Shown here one piece after another: positions 27,059-38,084 of a stretch of 64,000 bases of DNA. The first letter of the stretch is position 1; the number at the start of each line of letters is the position of its first letter. The DNA is from an uncultured bacterium (GTDB taxonomy: Bacteria > Patescibacteriota > Minisyncoccia > UBA6257 > 2-01-FULL-56-20): positions 98,723-162,722 of the forward strand of contig OY970358.1 in the NCBI GenBank assembly GCA_963718575.1. The letters run 5' to 3'. The position numbers and the translations under genes were made by a program. The notes under the pieces were generated by a model. The model saw nothing but the letters and a program-made list of their open reading frames with translations. It was not told the origin of the DNA and did no database searches.

Positions 27059-27928
27059 CTATACTATTTTCACTCCCTTCCCGGGATGCACATGATGGGT
27101 ATGTTCGGTCCGTCGGTGCGGATACACGAGGTGACCAAACCTGATCGCAAGGAAATAGGTTACAGCCGCAAGCGCCGCAATGTAGAACGACACCGGCCAG
27201 CTGGTGACGAGTGCGAGGAGCAGGCCGCCCCATGTGAAGGCGACGCCGAGCGCGACGGAAATGGCGATAGCCGAGAACGGCTTGCGCGTCAAGTGCTGTG
27301 CCGCCGCAGCAGGAGCGACGATCAGCGCAAACACAAGAAGCACTCCCACTACCTGGATCGCTTCGGCTACGGTGATCCCAAGGAGGAACATGAAGATGAT
27401 CGAAATCGCTTTGATTGGTACGCCGCGCGCTTCCGCGACCTCCGGATCGATCGAACTGAATAAGAGCGGACGAAAGATAGCGGCCAGAGCAATAAGCGTG
27501 GCGATGCCGAATATGACCGTGAGGATAATATCCGTCCTCGTGACGCTCAATATCGAACCAAAGAGCACGCTCACCGTCTCGCTCGACGAGTTGGTATAGA
27601 GTCGCAAGAAGAGCACGCCAAGGCCGAGCGCAAACGAAAGTATCATCCCAATTTCCACGTCACGGCCATGAATGCGCTTGCCGAGCGCGCCCATCCCGAG
27701 CGCTGCCGCGACCGTGAATCCCGACATGCCGAGCAATCCGCTTATGCCGAGCAATGCCGCGAGCGTCGCTCCCGCAAACCCCACATGTGAAAGTGCATGC
27801 GCGGCGAATGCCTGCGCACGGAGCACCACAAAATATCCCACGATCGCGGAAATGATCGCGATCAACGTTCCCGCCATGAATGCATTCTCTATGAATGACT
27901 GCTGTAATAATTGGATGAACGTGTCCAT
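27059..27928 (-). CDS. znuB: Zn/Mn ABC transporter permease
   Basis: AFAAHALSHVGFAG, LFGSIL, DPEVAEARG. Confidence 0.85.
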   Translation of the reverse strand: MDTFIQLLQQSFIENAFMAGTLIAIISAIVGYFVVLRAQAFAAHALSHVGFAGATLAALLGISGLLGMSGFTVAAALGMGALGKRIHGRDVEIGMILSFALGLGVLFLRLYTNSSSETVSVLFGSILSVTRTDIILTVIFGIATLIALAAIFRPLLFSSIDPEVAEARGVPIKAISIIFMFLLGITVAEAIQVVGVLLVFALIVAPAAAAQHLTRKPFSAIAISVALGVAFTWGGLLLALVTSWPVSFYIAALAAVTYFLAIRFGHLVYPHRRTEHTHHVHPGKGVKIV

Positions 27929-27937
27929 GAAAAAATA

Positions 27938-28736
27938 TTATTTCCGTACGGTCAATAATCGCACCGGCAGATATGCCAGGAACGATATCGTCGCGATATA
28001 GAACGTGACCGGCCAGCTGCCCGTCGCCGCCAGGAATATCCCGAGCCATGTGTACGCGAGCGCGAGCGCGATTGAGGTCGCCACGGCGCCAAGCGGGTTG
28101 TGCACGATGCGCGTCGCCGTGGCGGCCGGGCCGACAAGCAGGGTGAAGATCAAAAGGACGCCGACCACCTCCACCGACATTGAGACTGCAATTGCGACGA
28201 GGATCAAGAAAATGATCCCCAGCGCACGCAACCGGCACGCCGCGCGCTTCCGCGACCTCCGGATCTACGGAGCTGAAGAGAAGCGGGCGAAAGATCGCCG
28301 CCAGCGCCACGATCGTCCCGATGCCGAATATCAGCGTGATAAGGACATCCGTATGACTGATCCCCAAAATCGTTCCGAACAAAATACTGTATGCCTGTTC
28401 CGCATAACCGTTATAGAGAGAGATGAAGAGCGCGCCGAATCCGAGCGAAAGCGTCATCACGATGCCGATATTGATATCCTCCTCGCGCAACTCTTTGCCA
28501 AAGACGCCGATCCCCGCGCCGGCGGCGATCGTGAATGCCAGCATCCCGAAGATCGGATCGATGCCGACGAGCAGCGCCGCAGCCGCGCCCGCAAAGCCGA
28601 TGTGCGAGAGCGCGTGGCCGGCGAAGGTGAGCCCCCTCGTGATCAAAAAATATCCAACGCATCCGCCGACGATCGCAACGATCGATCCGGCAAGGAATGC
28701 ATTTTGGATGAAAGAGTATTGGAAGATTGAGAACAT
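27938..28736 (-). CDS. Second Zn/Mn ABC permease, apparent frameshift at ~28232
   Basis: Two ORFs (27660..28751, 27938..28231) together give a full paralog of the neighbouring permease. Confidence 0.8.
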
Positions 28737-28770
28737 TGGATTATGCGACAAACGCCGCGAACAGTGTGCG

Positions 28771-29553
28771 CTACAGTTCCGCGCCGACCACGAAAACGTG
28801 CCCGCCGCTCCGTATCACTTCCACTTTCGTGTCGTAGAGCTTGGAAAGCGTTGCGCTCGTCACGATCTCATCCGGCGCGCCCATCGCACTATGTCCATGC
28901 GCCATGTAAAGCACGCGGTTCGCCGCCGGGAGGAGCGGATTGATATCGTGCGAAACGAGCATGATCGTCACGTCGCGATGCTTGGAGATCTTCGTGAGCA
29001 ACGAGATGATCTCCTGCGCATGGTTGATGTCAAGATTCGAAAGCGGCTCGTCGAGCAATAATATTTTCGGATCGGTGATGAGCGCCTGCGCAATGAGCAA
29101 TCGCTGCTGCTCGCCGCCCGAAAGATATCCCACCGCCGCATCGGCGAACTGGTATGCATCCACTTCTTTGAGCACCGCATCGATCCTTTCATCACGCGTG
29201 CGGCTGCCAAAACCGATCCCCCATTTATTTCCATCCAATCCGAAGCCCACCACGTCGCGCGCGCGCAGTGCCAGATCCGTCTCCAGCACGCGATGCTGCG
29301 GCGCGTAGCCGATCGCGCCGTCGCCGCGATGGGGAATACCGCCAAGCACGCGGATCTCGCCCTCCGTCGGTTTCAATAAGCCGAGGAGTAATTTGAAAAG
29401 GGTTGTTTTTCCCGCGCCGTTCGGTCCCAGGATGGCAACAAATTCCCCTTTCTGAACGTCAAAACTGACCGCGTTGAAGATCGTTCGGCCACCGAGTTCC
29501 ACCGTGACTCCGTCGAGTGAAATAACGCTGTTGTTATCCATTGCTTTTTGCAA
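28771..29553 (-). CDS. znuC: Zn/Mn ABC transporter ATPase
   Basis: GPNGAGKT, LSGGEQQR, LLLDEP. Confidence 0.88.
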   Translation of the reverse strand: MQKAMDNNSVISLDGVTVELGGRTIFNAVSFDVQKGEFVAILGPNGAGKTTLFKLLLGLLKPTEGEIRVLGGIPHRGDGAIGYAPQHRVLETDLALRARDVVGFGLDGNKWGIGFGSRTRDERIDAVLKEVDAYQFADAAVGYLSGGEQQRLLIAQALITDPKILLLDEPLSNLDINHAQEIISLLTKISKHRDVTIMLVSHDINPLLPAANRVLYMAHGHSAMGAPDEIVTSATLSKLYDTKVEVIRSGGHVFVVGAEL

Positions 29554-30454
29554 GTGCCGCCTGGAGTGCGTTCAGTTCAGCCGTCATCCACGATTGATAG
29601 GTGTCGGCCGGCGGCATCGTCTCCGTCACCGGCACGACCGGAATACCGTTCGCAATGGCCTCATTCTGTAAATTCGTCGTGATCGGCGTCACCGTCTGGC
29701 TGTTATAGATCAGCACGCTGATCTTTTTCTGGATGATCTGCTGGTTTGCCGTGTTCACATCCTGCGCCGACGGATCGTTGCCTTCCGCGATGGCTTTTTC
29801 AAAATTGAACGGAGTGAGCACCCCAAGCCCCATCGGTTCGGTCTGATAGAGATAGATCGTCTCCGTGAGCCCCACCGCCGTGCCGGCATATTGCGTCCTA
29901 ATATCAGCCATCTCTGCCGTGATCGGCGCGAGCGAGGCGTTGAACGCGGCAAGGTTGCCTTGGAAGAGCGTCGCATCCGCCGGGTCGGTCTTTGCGAGTG
30001 CCGCCGCGATCGCCCCCGCGATCGCGGAAATATTGTCGATACCGTACCACACGTGCGGATTGTCCATCAGGACATCAGGCGCGATAGCACCAGCCGTGAG
30101 CACAATGCGGCTCGGATTCGGGGACGCGCCGAGGAGCTTGTCCATCCAGGTGTCATATTCAAGTCCGTTCTCGATGACGATGTTCGCATTTGTGATCGCA
30201 ATCCCGTCCTGCACGTCGGATTCATATTCATGCGGATCTATATTGGGATCGGAAAGAATGCTCGTCACGGAAACCTTGTTCCCGCCGATCTGTTGTGCAA
30301 TGTTACCATAAAAATCCTCCGCGGCGACCACTTTTATTGTGCCGGCGGAAGAACTTCCGGCCATTTGCCCATTTTTTAAAAAAATAAAAACAAAGGCTCC
30401 TGCGCCGATCACGGCCAAAACGATAATTAGTATCAAAAATGTTTTTCTCATCAC
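29534..30454 (-). CDS. znuA: Zn/Mn ABC substrate-binding protein
   Basis: DPHEYE, NPHVW; cluster A-I SBP with N-terminal anchor. Confidence 0.88.
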   Translation of the reverse strand: MMRKTFLILIIVLAVIGAGAFVFIFLKNGQMAGSSSAGTIKVVAAEDFYGNIAQQIGGNKVSVTSILSDPNIDPHEYESDVQDGIAITNANIVIENGLEYDTWMDKLLGASPNPSRIVLTAGAIAPDVLMDNPHVWYGIDNISAIAGAIAAALAKTDPADATLFQGNLAAFNASLAPITAEMADIRTQYAGTAVGLTETIYLYQTEPMGLGVLTPFNFEKAIAEGNDPSAQDVNTANQQIIQKKISVLIYNSQTVTPITTNLQNEAIANGIPVVPVTETMPPADTYQSWMTAELNALQAALAKSNG

Positions 30455-30483
30455 TATTCAGTATACGGCATAGAAATATAAGT

Positions 30484-30517
30484 AAAAAGGCCGTCCGGAG
30501 AAATTCTCCAGACGGCC
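30484..30517 (-). terminator. Intrinsic terminator
   Basis: GGCCGTC(C)GGAG-AAATT-CTCC(A)GACGGCC with T-run on minus strand. Confidence 0.65.
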
Positions 30518-30547
30518 CGGTTAGGATGATGCCTCATCACTCTTTGT

Positions 30548-30763
30548 TTAGCGCAAGACTTCATTCAAACGCGTTAAGCCTTGATCGTCCTTCCTAGACG
30601 CTGCTTCGGCGGCGAGCTTTCTTTTAGCCCGCATACGACTGCGCCGCTTTAGCCAAAAGGGAAAATTACCGATTAAAAGCCCCAGAATGGTCAGGATGGA
30701 CGCAATGATAAAAAAGCGTACCTCCGGCGGAATCTGATTGATTATCGCGTGCATTTGAAACAC
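30548..30763 (-). CDS. Small single-TM hypothetical protein
   Basis: TM helix plus basic tail; followed by terminator. Confidence 0.5.
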   Translation of the reverse strand: MFQMHAIINQIPPEVRFFIIASILTILGLLIGNFPFWLKRRSRMRAKRKLAAEAASRKDDQGLTRLNEVLR

Positions 30764-30822
30764 CCCCTATATACTGGAGACATAATAGCACATAAACGTC
30801 TAGAAAGTCAACCCAGCAGGGA

Positions 30823-31487
30823 TTATTTCTTCTTCGGCGTCTTGATCACTCCAACCACCTTTCCGTTGATGGAAAAATCGTCATTCTCGTGGATGTGAAT
30901 CGCCGGAAAATCGTGCGTCGACTCGGACATAAGGAGGATCTGGTTGTTTTCCTTATCCACGTAATATTTTTTGATATTTGCCATACCCTCGATGACTGAG
31001 AGTACGATATCGTCGTTCATCGCCTCGCGATCCTCGCTGTCGATGATAACGTAGTCGCCATCCTCGATCTTTTTGCCGTTCACGTAGGCCATATTCATGG
31101 AAGGTCCATCCACTTTAAGCGCAAAGAGGCGGTGCGAGAGGCGCGGGCGCGCGACGAGCGTGCTCGATATGCGCAGATAGCCCTCGATGTTGGAATTTGC
31201 AAAAACCATCGCCGGCCCGGCATTCGCCGATCCTAAGATCGGGATCGAGAGAAGTTTAGCGTTTTTTAATATTCCCGCTACCGACGATTTTGACTGCTGC
31301 TTTATCGTGGTTATTGTGTGTTCCATTTTATTGATATGGAGGAATCCTCGTTTTTCCAGCTGTTGAAGGTGATGTTTTATCTTCTGCGGCGACGTCTCCC
31401 CTACGAACCCTCCGATCTCCCGCAGGGTGTAATTCCCCAGATTCTTCTTTTCCGCAACGCCAATAGTTTTTGTTGTATGGTATGCAT
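30823..31487 (-). CDS. lexA: LexA-like repressor (HTH + S24 peptidase), apparent frameshift near 5' end
   Basis: TLREIG HTH, IPILGSANAG cleavage site, VDGPSM, NIKK; ATG 31487 (MHTIQQKLLAL) out of frame by 1 nt; TTGACA..TAAACT promoter. Confidence 0.7.
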
Positions 31488-31596
31488 AAGTAAAGTTTAT
31501 TCCTTTAATAATTACTGTCAAGCGTAACTGTGGACAACCTTGACAGCCTCACAGTGCCCTATAAAGGTGCTAAAATGATAGGAAATCAAACCGCCA

Positions 31597-32234
31597 ATGA
31601 AATATTTCAATTACCGGGGATTTTTCACCCGGGAACATGTTCGCTCATTCGTAAACGCCCTCATATTGCTCGCACTCGCCACCATCTTTCAATATTATGC
31701 GTCAGCGTACGTCAATCGCGTCCCCAGCAATTCGGTTGCGGATCTTTTCCTTAGCATCCTCCCGGTCGTTAATCTGAATTTGATCATCGTTGAAGGAGCG
31801 CTTGTGCGCCATCGCGCTCAGCTTTATCCTTATTGCGCGCAAAACCACAATATATGTTATTTACCTTAAAAGCGGCGGCGATATTCATCGCCACGCGGGC
31901 GGTGTTCATCGCGGTAACCCATATCGGCATCTATCCCGGCGGCATCAATCCCGACCCCACCGGCATTTTTGACCGCACCTACACCGGCCTCGGCCTGGAA
32001 GCGGGATTTTTCTTTTCCGGCCACACGGGACTCCCCTTCCTTATGGCGCTCATCCTGTGGGATGAAAAATTATGGCGCTATATTTATTTTGCGCTGTCCG
32101 TCATGTTCGGCATCGCCGTGCTCTTTGCCCACGTCCATTACACGATCGACGTCCTTGCAGCGCCGTACATGGCGTACGGCATCTATAAGATGTCACAATA
32201 TTTCTTCCCGGCGGACTTCAAGATGATCGACTGA
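31597..32234 (+). CDS. PAP2-related (sphingomyelin-synthase-like) membrane phosphotransferase, frameshifted
   Basis: FFSGHT and HVHYTIDV motifs; split into ORFs 31597..31869 and 31833..32234. Confidence 0.75.
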
Positions 32235-32256
32235 CGCGCGACGCGACTTAGCTTGT

Positions 32257-32519
32257 TTACCGAACACCCGGTCCGTCGCCTTGCAGATACCATTTGCCAT
32301 TGATTTCCACGATCGTTATCGTATCGCCCGACGCTGTTTTGCAAACACCGGAAGTCGTCGTGGTTGAGAGTAACTGCGTGCATCCCCGGAACGCGTAATA
32401 GTTATCAAACGTGCTGTGCGCTTTTTGTAGAAAAAGAAATTGCTCGAGTGCAAGGCCACCCGCAGCCACAATGAGGATCGCTATAAAGACCCAGACTACT
32501 TTTTGGTGCGAGATTTCAT
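32257..32519 (-). CDS. Small exported hypothetical protein (frameshift in A-run near start)
   Basis: MKSRTKK + hydrophobic helix + Cys pair. Confidence 0.5.
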
Positions 32520-32546
32520 TTTTTTCAGATGGCGACGACGAAAAAC

Positions 32547-34058
32547 CTACCGGTGCGGGAAGCGCGAGCGCGATCCCGAATGACTCTCACCCGGTTTGCG
32601 CGGACCGCCGCTGAAACCGCCTGGTTTATGGAAAGGCTTGTGAGACGAACCGCTGCTTGAAGGTTTTAAACCGAATGCCGGGCGTCCGCCAAATGACGGC
32701 TTACTGCCGAACGCAGGCCGTGCCGAGCCGAATGCAGGCTTCGCGCTGCCATATGCAGGCCGATTGAACGCCGGGCGACGAGCAGGGCCGCCACTGCCGC
32801 CATATGCCGGCGGACGGGAGCCATGCATTGAGGTGCTATTGGTACTGCGTACGCCATGTGAAGTTCCTCCTGCCATGCCACGCCGATACGGCGTAATCTC
32901 GCGCGGAACGTACGCCTCTGCGCGCGCCGGCGGCAACTCCGGAGTCTTGGAAAGCGGCAGCTTCGTGCGCATCAGGCGCTCGATGCCATACACATCTCCG
33001 CGCTGATCGGGCGTGGCAAAGGAAATCGCATGGCCAACGGCGCCGGCGCGCCCGGTGCGGCCGATGCGATGCACGTAATCCTCCGGATTGTCCGGAAGGT
33101 CATAGTTGATGACGAGCTCGATGCCTTTTACGTCGATGCCGCGCGCGGCGATGTCCGTTGCGATAAGCACGCGATATTTGCCATTGCTGGAACCCGTCGA
33201 GCGCTTCACGGCGTTGGCTGAGCGAGCGGTTGGCGTGGAGTTCGGCTGCGGTGTGGCCGAGCGCGCGCACCGACGCGGCGATCTTCTTTGCGCCATGCTT
33301 CGTGCGCGAGAAGACGAGCACCGATCCGCGATAATCGTACAACAATTTTTCAAGCAAGCGCGATTTGTCCGTTTTTGGAAATAAAATAAAGCTCCTGGGT
33401 GATCTTTTCGATCGTCAGTGCCCGGCGGCGCGATCTCGATGCGCAACGGAAGCTTCATATACGACTGAGCAAGCGTAAGAATGCTCTGCGGCATCGTTGC
33501 GGAAAACAGCATCGTCTGCCGCTCGCGCGGAACGCCCGTCATGATGCGCTTGAGCTGCGGTGCAAATCCCATATCGAGCATCCGATCCGCCTCATCCAAG
33601 ACGAGCAATGTCAGTTTTATTCAAATTTAATGTCTTCTGCTGCATGTGATCCATGATCCGGCCCGGCGTACCGATGATGATCTGCGGCAGCCGGTGAATG
33701 GCCTGCACTTGGCGATAATTGGACTCTCCGCCCACAAAAGCGCCGTGCGGATGCCCAGAGGGCCGCCCACCTTGGCGATCGTTTCCTGCACCTGCAGGGC
33801 CAATTCCCGCGTCGGAAGGATAACAAGCCCGTGCTTCCCGCAAGTGCCGCCTGGATCAAAGGAATGCCAAATGCCAGCGTCTTGCCCGTACCCGTCTGAG
33901 CCAAGGCCCATCACATCCTTCCCTTCCAAGCCAACCGGAATAGCCTTCGCCTGGATCGGCGTCGGTGTCGTAAACCCCAATTTATCGAGAATAGACAAAA
34001 TATTGGGCGCGATGCCCAATCCATAAAAACCTTGACCTGAAGTTGAAGTTGTTTCCAT
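32547..34058 (-). CDS. DEAD-box RNA helicase (RhlE-like), several frameshifts
   Basis: Q motif [52 protein letters not shown] across frames. Confidence 0.88.
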
Positions 34059-34141
34059 ATGCGCTAACCATAACACACGAAGCCCATAATAGCTATCTTT
34101 TTATAATATGGTTAATATTAAAAAGGGATGGGAGGTTAACA

Positions 34142-34225
34142 ATGGATGAGGATGAATCCAACAAAATCAACGAATTGATAGAGAGGTACAACTGGACAGA
34201 GAAGATCAGGCGCAGCGATTTCTGA
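34142..34225 (+). CDS. Putative 27-aa peptide MDEDESNKINELIERYNWTEKIRRSDF
   Basis: TATAAT ~34102, GGAGG RBS 34131-35. Confidence 0.35.
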   Translation: MDEDESNKINELIERYNWTEKIRRSDF

Positions 34226-34318
34226 CTGAATTTAAGCGATGTCAGAGAAATGCCGCCCCGCGTGTGGAGGCAGCCGGTCAGCAGACCGGAACGCCGTTCT
34301 TTCAAAAGCCCATACAAC

Positions 34319-34360
34319 AGCGAACCCTCCTCTCGGGTCGAAAGCGAGGGAGGGTTTGCT
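34319..34360. terminator. Strong hairpin/terminator
   Basis: AGCGAACCCTCC(T)CTCG...CGAGGGAGGGTTTGCT. Confidence 0.6.
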
Positions 34361-34519
34361 CTATTTATGCATGATGTATTTTTTGTTCCTTTTTTATCTC
34401 CGCCCTAACGGCGGTTCATATGAGTGGTGTTAATTATTTTTTGCGACCTTTATTCCTATCGCGCCGGCAGTTCATCGCGACCGGTTCATCAATTAGTACA
34501 ATGCCCCGACTTCTTTATT

Positions 34520-35203
34520 TCACTGATAATCCTCTATGGTTTCCACGCCCGCCGCATCGATCGTGGCAGTTGCCACGTTCCGGCCGAAAACGATCACATA
34601 ATCCCCGGGGTCGATCTGGCCCAGTTCCGACGAAGCGGCGGGAATGAGGAACACGGTCGATGTCTGACCGAACGGATTCTTGATGATAAAACTGCTTGTG
34701 GCGAGCAGCGTCACCTGACCGCGATACATCCCGTTCATTGGAGTGGTCTCGAACTCATATACGCCCTCTACCATCGGAAATTGGTTGCGTGAAGCATACC
34801 GGAATATCCCCCCGTGGATGGAACTCGCCGAGAGAAAAAAGCACGCGAGCGAGATGACGATAACAAGGATCAAAAGCGTGTAAAGGAACGGCTGATGATA
34901 GACAATCGCGTAACGCCGAAGAAGAATCCACATAATAAGGATGAGCGCAAGCGAAAGCAGTAACAGACTCCACGGCAAGGATTCCAGGAAGACGCCCCAC
35001 CCGACCGGGCCGAAATTCGTCGCAAACAATCCACCATTTTCCTGGAGAGCAAAAATAATGAACGTGACGAAGAATAAGATAAGGCAGAACAATAACACCG
35101 CGCCGAGGATAACAAACATCGCCCTCGCCACAAAATAGCGTCGAGGACGCATCTTGGTGCCGGCATTTTTTATAAGATTAATGACTTTGTCGCTGTCTTT
35201 CAT
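34520..35203 (-). CDS. Membrane protein, probable anti-sigma factor
   Basis: Directly downstream of ECF sigma; three TM segments plus C-terminal beta domain. Confidence 0.65.
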   Translation of the reverse strand: MKDSDKVINLIKNAGTKMRPRRYFVARAMFVILGAVLLFCLILFFVTFIIFALQENGGLFATNFGPVGWGVFLESLPWSLLLLSLALILIMWILLRRYAIVYHQPFLYTLLILVIVISLACFFLSASSIHGGIFRYASRNQFPMVEGVYEFETTPMNGMYRGQVTLLATSSFIIKNPFGQTSTVFLIPAASSELGQIDPGDYVIVFGRNVATATIDAAGVETIEDYQ

Positions 35204-35207
35204 TTTT

Positions 35208-35789
35208 TTATCCTTTTACGATCTTTTTCAGCATCGCCCTTCCCCGCTGTAACCGCACGCCGACCGTAGATATGGGAATATGTAAAATATCGGCGATCTC
35301 CCGATAATCCATATCCTCGAAATAATACAACACGAGCGGCTCTTTGTATTTCTCGCTCAGCTTACTAAGAGAATGATCGAGCATCCCCTTGACCTCCGCT
35401 TTATTGAACCCATCATCAGCCGTCTCCTTCGCCACGAGGTGAGGGAAAAGCACATCAAAATCAAAAACAGAAACATTATTCCGCTCCTTTTGCCGCTTCT
35501 TGATGTTGTTCACAAACTCGTTATGGGCGATCCGATAGATCCATGGCGAAAAGCGACGGCTGACATCGAAGCTCTTGATGTTCACATATGCTTTTATAAA
35601 GATCTCCTGGACGAGATCTTTTCCTTCATCTCCGTCAAAGAAGAACCGCTTGGCATACCGGGTCATCTTTGGCTCATATCGCTCAACGAGTATGCGGAAC
35701 GACTCGATGTCGCCTTTCTGCACCTGTATGGCAACCTCCTCGTCGTTCTGTTCGGATAGTTCGGGCATAATGATTGTGGCTGCCTGCAT
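35208..35789 (-). CDS. ECF RNA polymerase sigma factor (start may be 35768)
   Basis: DLVQEIFIKAY, FSPWIYRIAHN, YREIADILHIPISTVGVRLQRGR. Confidence 0.9.
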   Translation of the reverse strand: MQAATIIMPELSEQNDEEVAIQVQKGDIESFRILVERYEPKMTRYAKRFFFDGDEGKDLVQEIFIKAYVNIKSFDVSRRFSPWIYRIAHNEFVNNIKKRQKERNNVSVFDFDVLFPHLVAKETADDGFNKAEVKGMLDHSLSKLSEKYKEPLVLYYFEDMDYREIADILHIPISTVGVRLQRGRAMLKKIVKG

Positions 35790-35794
35790 AGTTA

Positions 35795-35821
35795 CTACAC
35801 AAAAATCGGCGAGTTATTTCA
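35795..35821 (-). promoter_or_regulatory. Candidate ECF autoregulatory promoter
   Basis: TGAAAT-N16-TGTA, similar to B. subtilis SigW consensus TGAAAC-N16-CGTA. Confidence 0.4.
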
Positions 35822-35933
35822 CGTTTCCTTCATCTTACCAACCCGTCGATGAAAATACGATGAAGAACGCGATATAGGTGCCTTTTTTATTGTTAAATAC
35901 GCATTAAACCTTTAAACTAATAGCATATTTGCC

Positions 35934-36344
35934 ATGAACTCCACAGCGACCGAAAAGCAGAAAAAAGAGCTGCGCCGGATCAAAATTGCGATCATCGTAA
36001 TGCTCGCTATTTGTGCCGCACTTGGTGCGTTTGTCTACTGGCAAGGCCTGCCGCCGGCGCCACATCTCTACGACTCGCTCGCCAAGTGCATCGCGCAGAG
36101 CAGCACCACGTTCTATGGCGCATTCTGGTGCCCTCATTGCGAGGCACAAAAGACCAAGTTCGGCACCGGGGCGCAATACTTGCCATACGTCGAATGCTCG
36201 CTGCCGAGCGGATCCGGGCAAACGCAGGTGTGCATCGATCACGATATCGTGCAATATCCGACATGGGTCTTTTCCGATGGCTCGCGCCTGGTGGGCGTGC
36301 AAACGCCGCAGACGTTGGCCGCAAAGACCGGATGTGCGCTGTGA
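35934..36344 (+). CDS. Membrane-anchored thioredoxin-like protein
   Basis: FYGAFWCPHC...YVEC...YPTW. Confidence 0.85.
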   Translation: MNSTATEKQKKELRRIKIAIIVMLAICAALGAFVYWQGLPPAPHLYDSLAKCIAQSSTTFYGAFWCPHCEAQKTKFGTGAQYLPYVECSLPSGSGQTQVCIDHDIVQYPTWVFSDGSRLVGVQTPQTLAAKTGCAL

Positions 36345-36373
36345 TATAATTAATTTACTTTTAATCCTTAACC

Positions 36374-36944
36374 ATGACCCCCGTCGTTCAAGCCGTCACC
36401 AATTTCCTTTCGCTTGGCACCATCGCGTCCGATCTATTGGTGTTATGTTTGTTTGTCATACTCCTTACCCCGCTCGACGTCACCGGCTGGGGAAAGAAAG
36501 TGATAAAGTTCTTCGGCAACTATGCGATCCTGCTTTCATTCCTTGTTGCTCTTGGATCGGTCGTCGGCAGCCTGTTCTACTCCGAATATGCGCACTTCGC
36601 GCCATGCGAGCTTTGTTGGATCCAGCGCGGGCTGCTTTACACGCAGGCCGTGATATTATTCCTCGCGCTGTTTGCACGTAAGGAAGAGAACGTGCGCAAA
36701 TTCCACGCCTGGACACAAAAGGCGTGCCTCGATCCTCTCGGGGATCGGATTTCCGATCGCGGCCTACCATATGTACCTCCAACTCGGCGGCGGCGTGATC
36801 GTCCCCTGCTCCGCGGTCGGCCCAAGCTGTTCATACGTTTATTTCCTCCAGTACGGTTATGTGACCATCCCCACGATGTCACTCACCGCGTTCGCGCTCA
36901 TACTGGCATTCATGCTTCTGCGAAAACCCACCACTGCAGATTGA
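36374..36944 (+). CDS. dsbB: DsbB/BdbC-family disulfide bond formation protein, frameshift ~36725
   Basis: GSLFYSE...PCELCWIQR; second frame has YH...PC...C...YVTIPTMS. Confidence 0.8.
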
Positions 36945-36960
36945 TAGGTGCGGCTCACGG

Positions 36961-38079
36961 CTATACCAATTCGATTTCCACTATCTCGGATTTCGTGCCA
37001 AGTCGTAAAGGTGGTCCCCAGGTGCCGACACCGCTTGAGGTGAACACTTGCATGGCGTCCAGCCGCTTTAGACCATAATCAAAGCCTTTATAGATCTGCC
37101 AGGTAAAGAACATGAGCGGGAATATCTGACCGCTATGCGTATGCCCGGAAAGATCGAGCGATATCCCCGCTTCGCCGGCGACATCAAGGTCGCTCGGCTC
37201 GTGCTTAAGCAGGATGCTTGGCCGTGCGCGACTGACACCGACACGTTGCAACGTGCTTCGGAAATCTTCCCTCTTATGAGATGACCGGTAGTCGACGCCG
37301 ATAAGATCAATACCGCCGCCGATGTCAACCTTTTTATCATCCAACACCGTGACGCCGGCAGCACGGATTGCGGCAAGCGCACGCGGGATATCGTGGAGAT
37401 AATATTCGTGGTTGCCGGTGATGAAGTACGTTCCGCCCGCGGGACGCAAACCATGCAACGGCGCGATCAGCTTTTCTTCGTCGCAGGCGACGCCGTCGTA
37501 AAGATCGCCGCCGATCAGCACGATATACGGCTGGAGCGGGTGTATTTTCTTTATCACGCGGGCGACAAACGCCTGTCGATAGATATTCCCAAGCTGGAAA
37601 TCGCTGACGAACACAATCCTTTTATTTCTCCAAAAATCAGCGCTAAATCCGGGGATCTGGGAAAGTTTAACTTTGATGCTTGTTATCCTCGGCCACTGGC
37701 TGTTGATCGTGCCATAAAGATGGATAAGGAATAGCGCGCCGAAACAGATCGTGCCAACGAGCGCCGGAGATACATAGATGTTGTGCGTATAGAAAATCCC
37801 AATGGTGAAATAGAATATCACTGCGCCGCCGAAGAGAAAATGCACGAGTCCGAACCAGTATGCCGAGAACGCGTAATACCAATCCACCAGTGCCCCTTTA
37901 TAAAAATGCGAGAGGGCCGAGGCGGAAACGAACGTGAGCGCGAGAAGAATGAACAATACCTTCAACCAAATACCGCCGATGCCGAACGCCGCGGCAAGCG
38001 TCGCATACACCGCGAGATGCACAAATACGAGCAATACTTCAAAAACGATGAAGCCGGCGATAAGTCGTGAGGTTGTCAT
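36961..38079 (-). CDS. Membrane-bound metallophosphoesterase (YkuE-like)
   Basis: GGDLYD, GNHE, LSGHTHSGQ, GTWGPPLR. Confidence 0.88.
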   Translation of the reverse strand: MTTSRLIAGFIVFEVLLVFVHLAVYATLAAAFGIGGIWLKVLFILLALTFVSASALSHFYKGALVDWYYAFSAYWFGLVHFLFGGAVIFYFTIGIFYTHNIYVSPALVGTICFGALFLIHLYGTINSQWPRITSIKVKLSQIPGFSADFWRNKRIVFVSDFQLGNIYRQAFVARVIKKIHPLQPYIVLIGGDLYDGVACDEEKLIAPLHGLRPAGGTYFITGNHEYYLHDIPRALAAIRAAGVTVLDDKKVDIGGGIDLIGVDYRSSHKREDFRSTLQRVGVSRARPSILLKHEPSDLDVAGEAGISLDLSGHTHSGQIFPLMFFTWQIYKGFDYGLKRLDAMQVFTSSGVGTWGPPLRLGTKSEIVEIELV

Positions 38080-38084
38080 GGCTG

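Noticed and set aside
32600-32800. Short repeats at the DEAD-box helicase 3' end
   Set aside because: They encode the usual low-complexity Gly/Arg/Pro tail (RPAF/KPAF)
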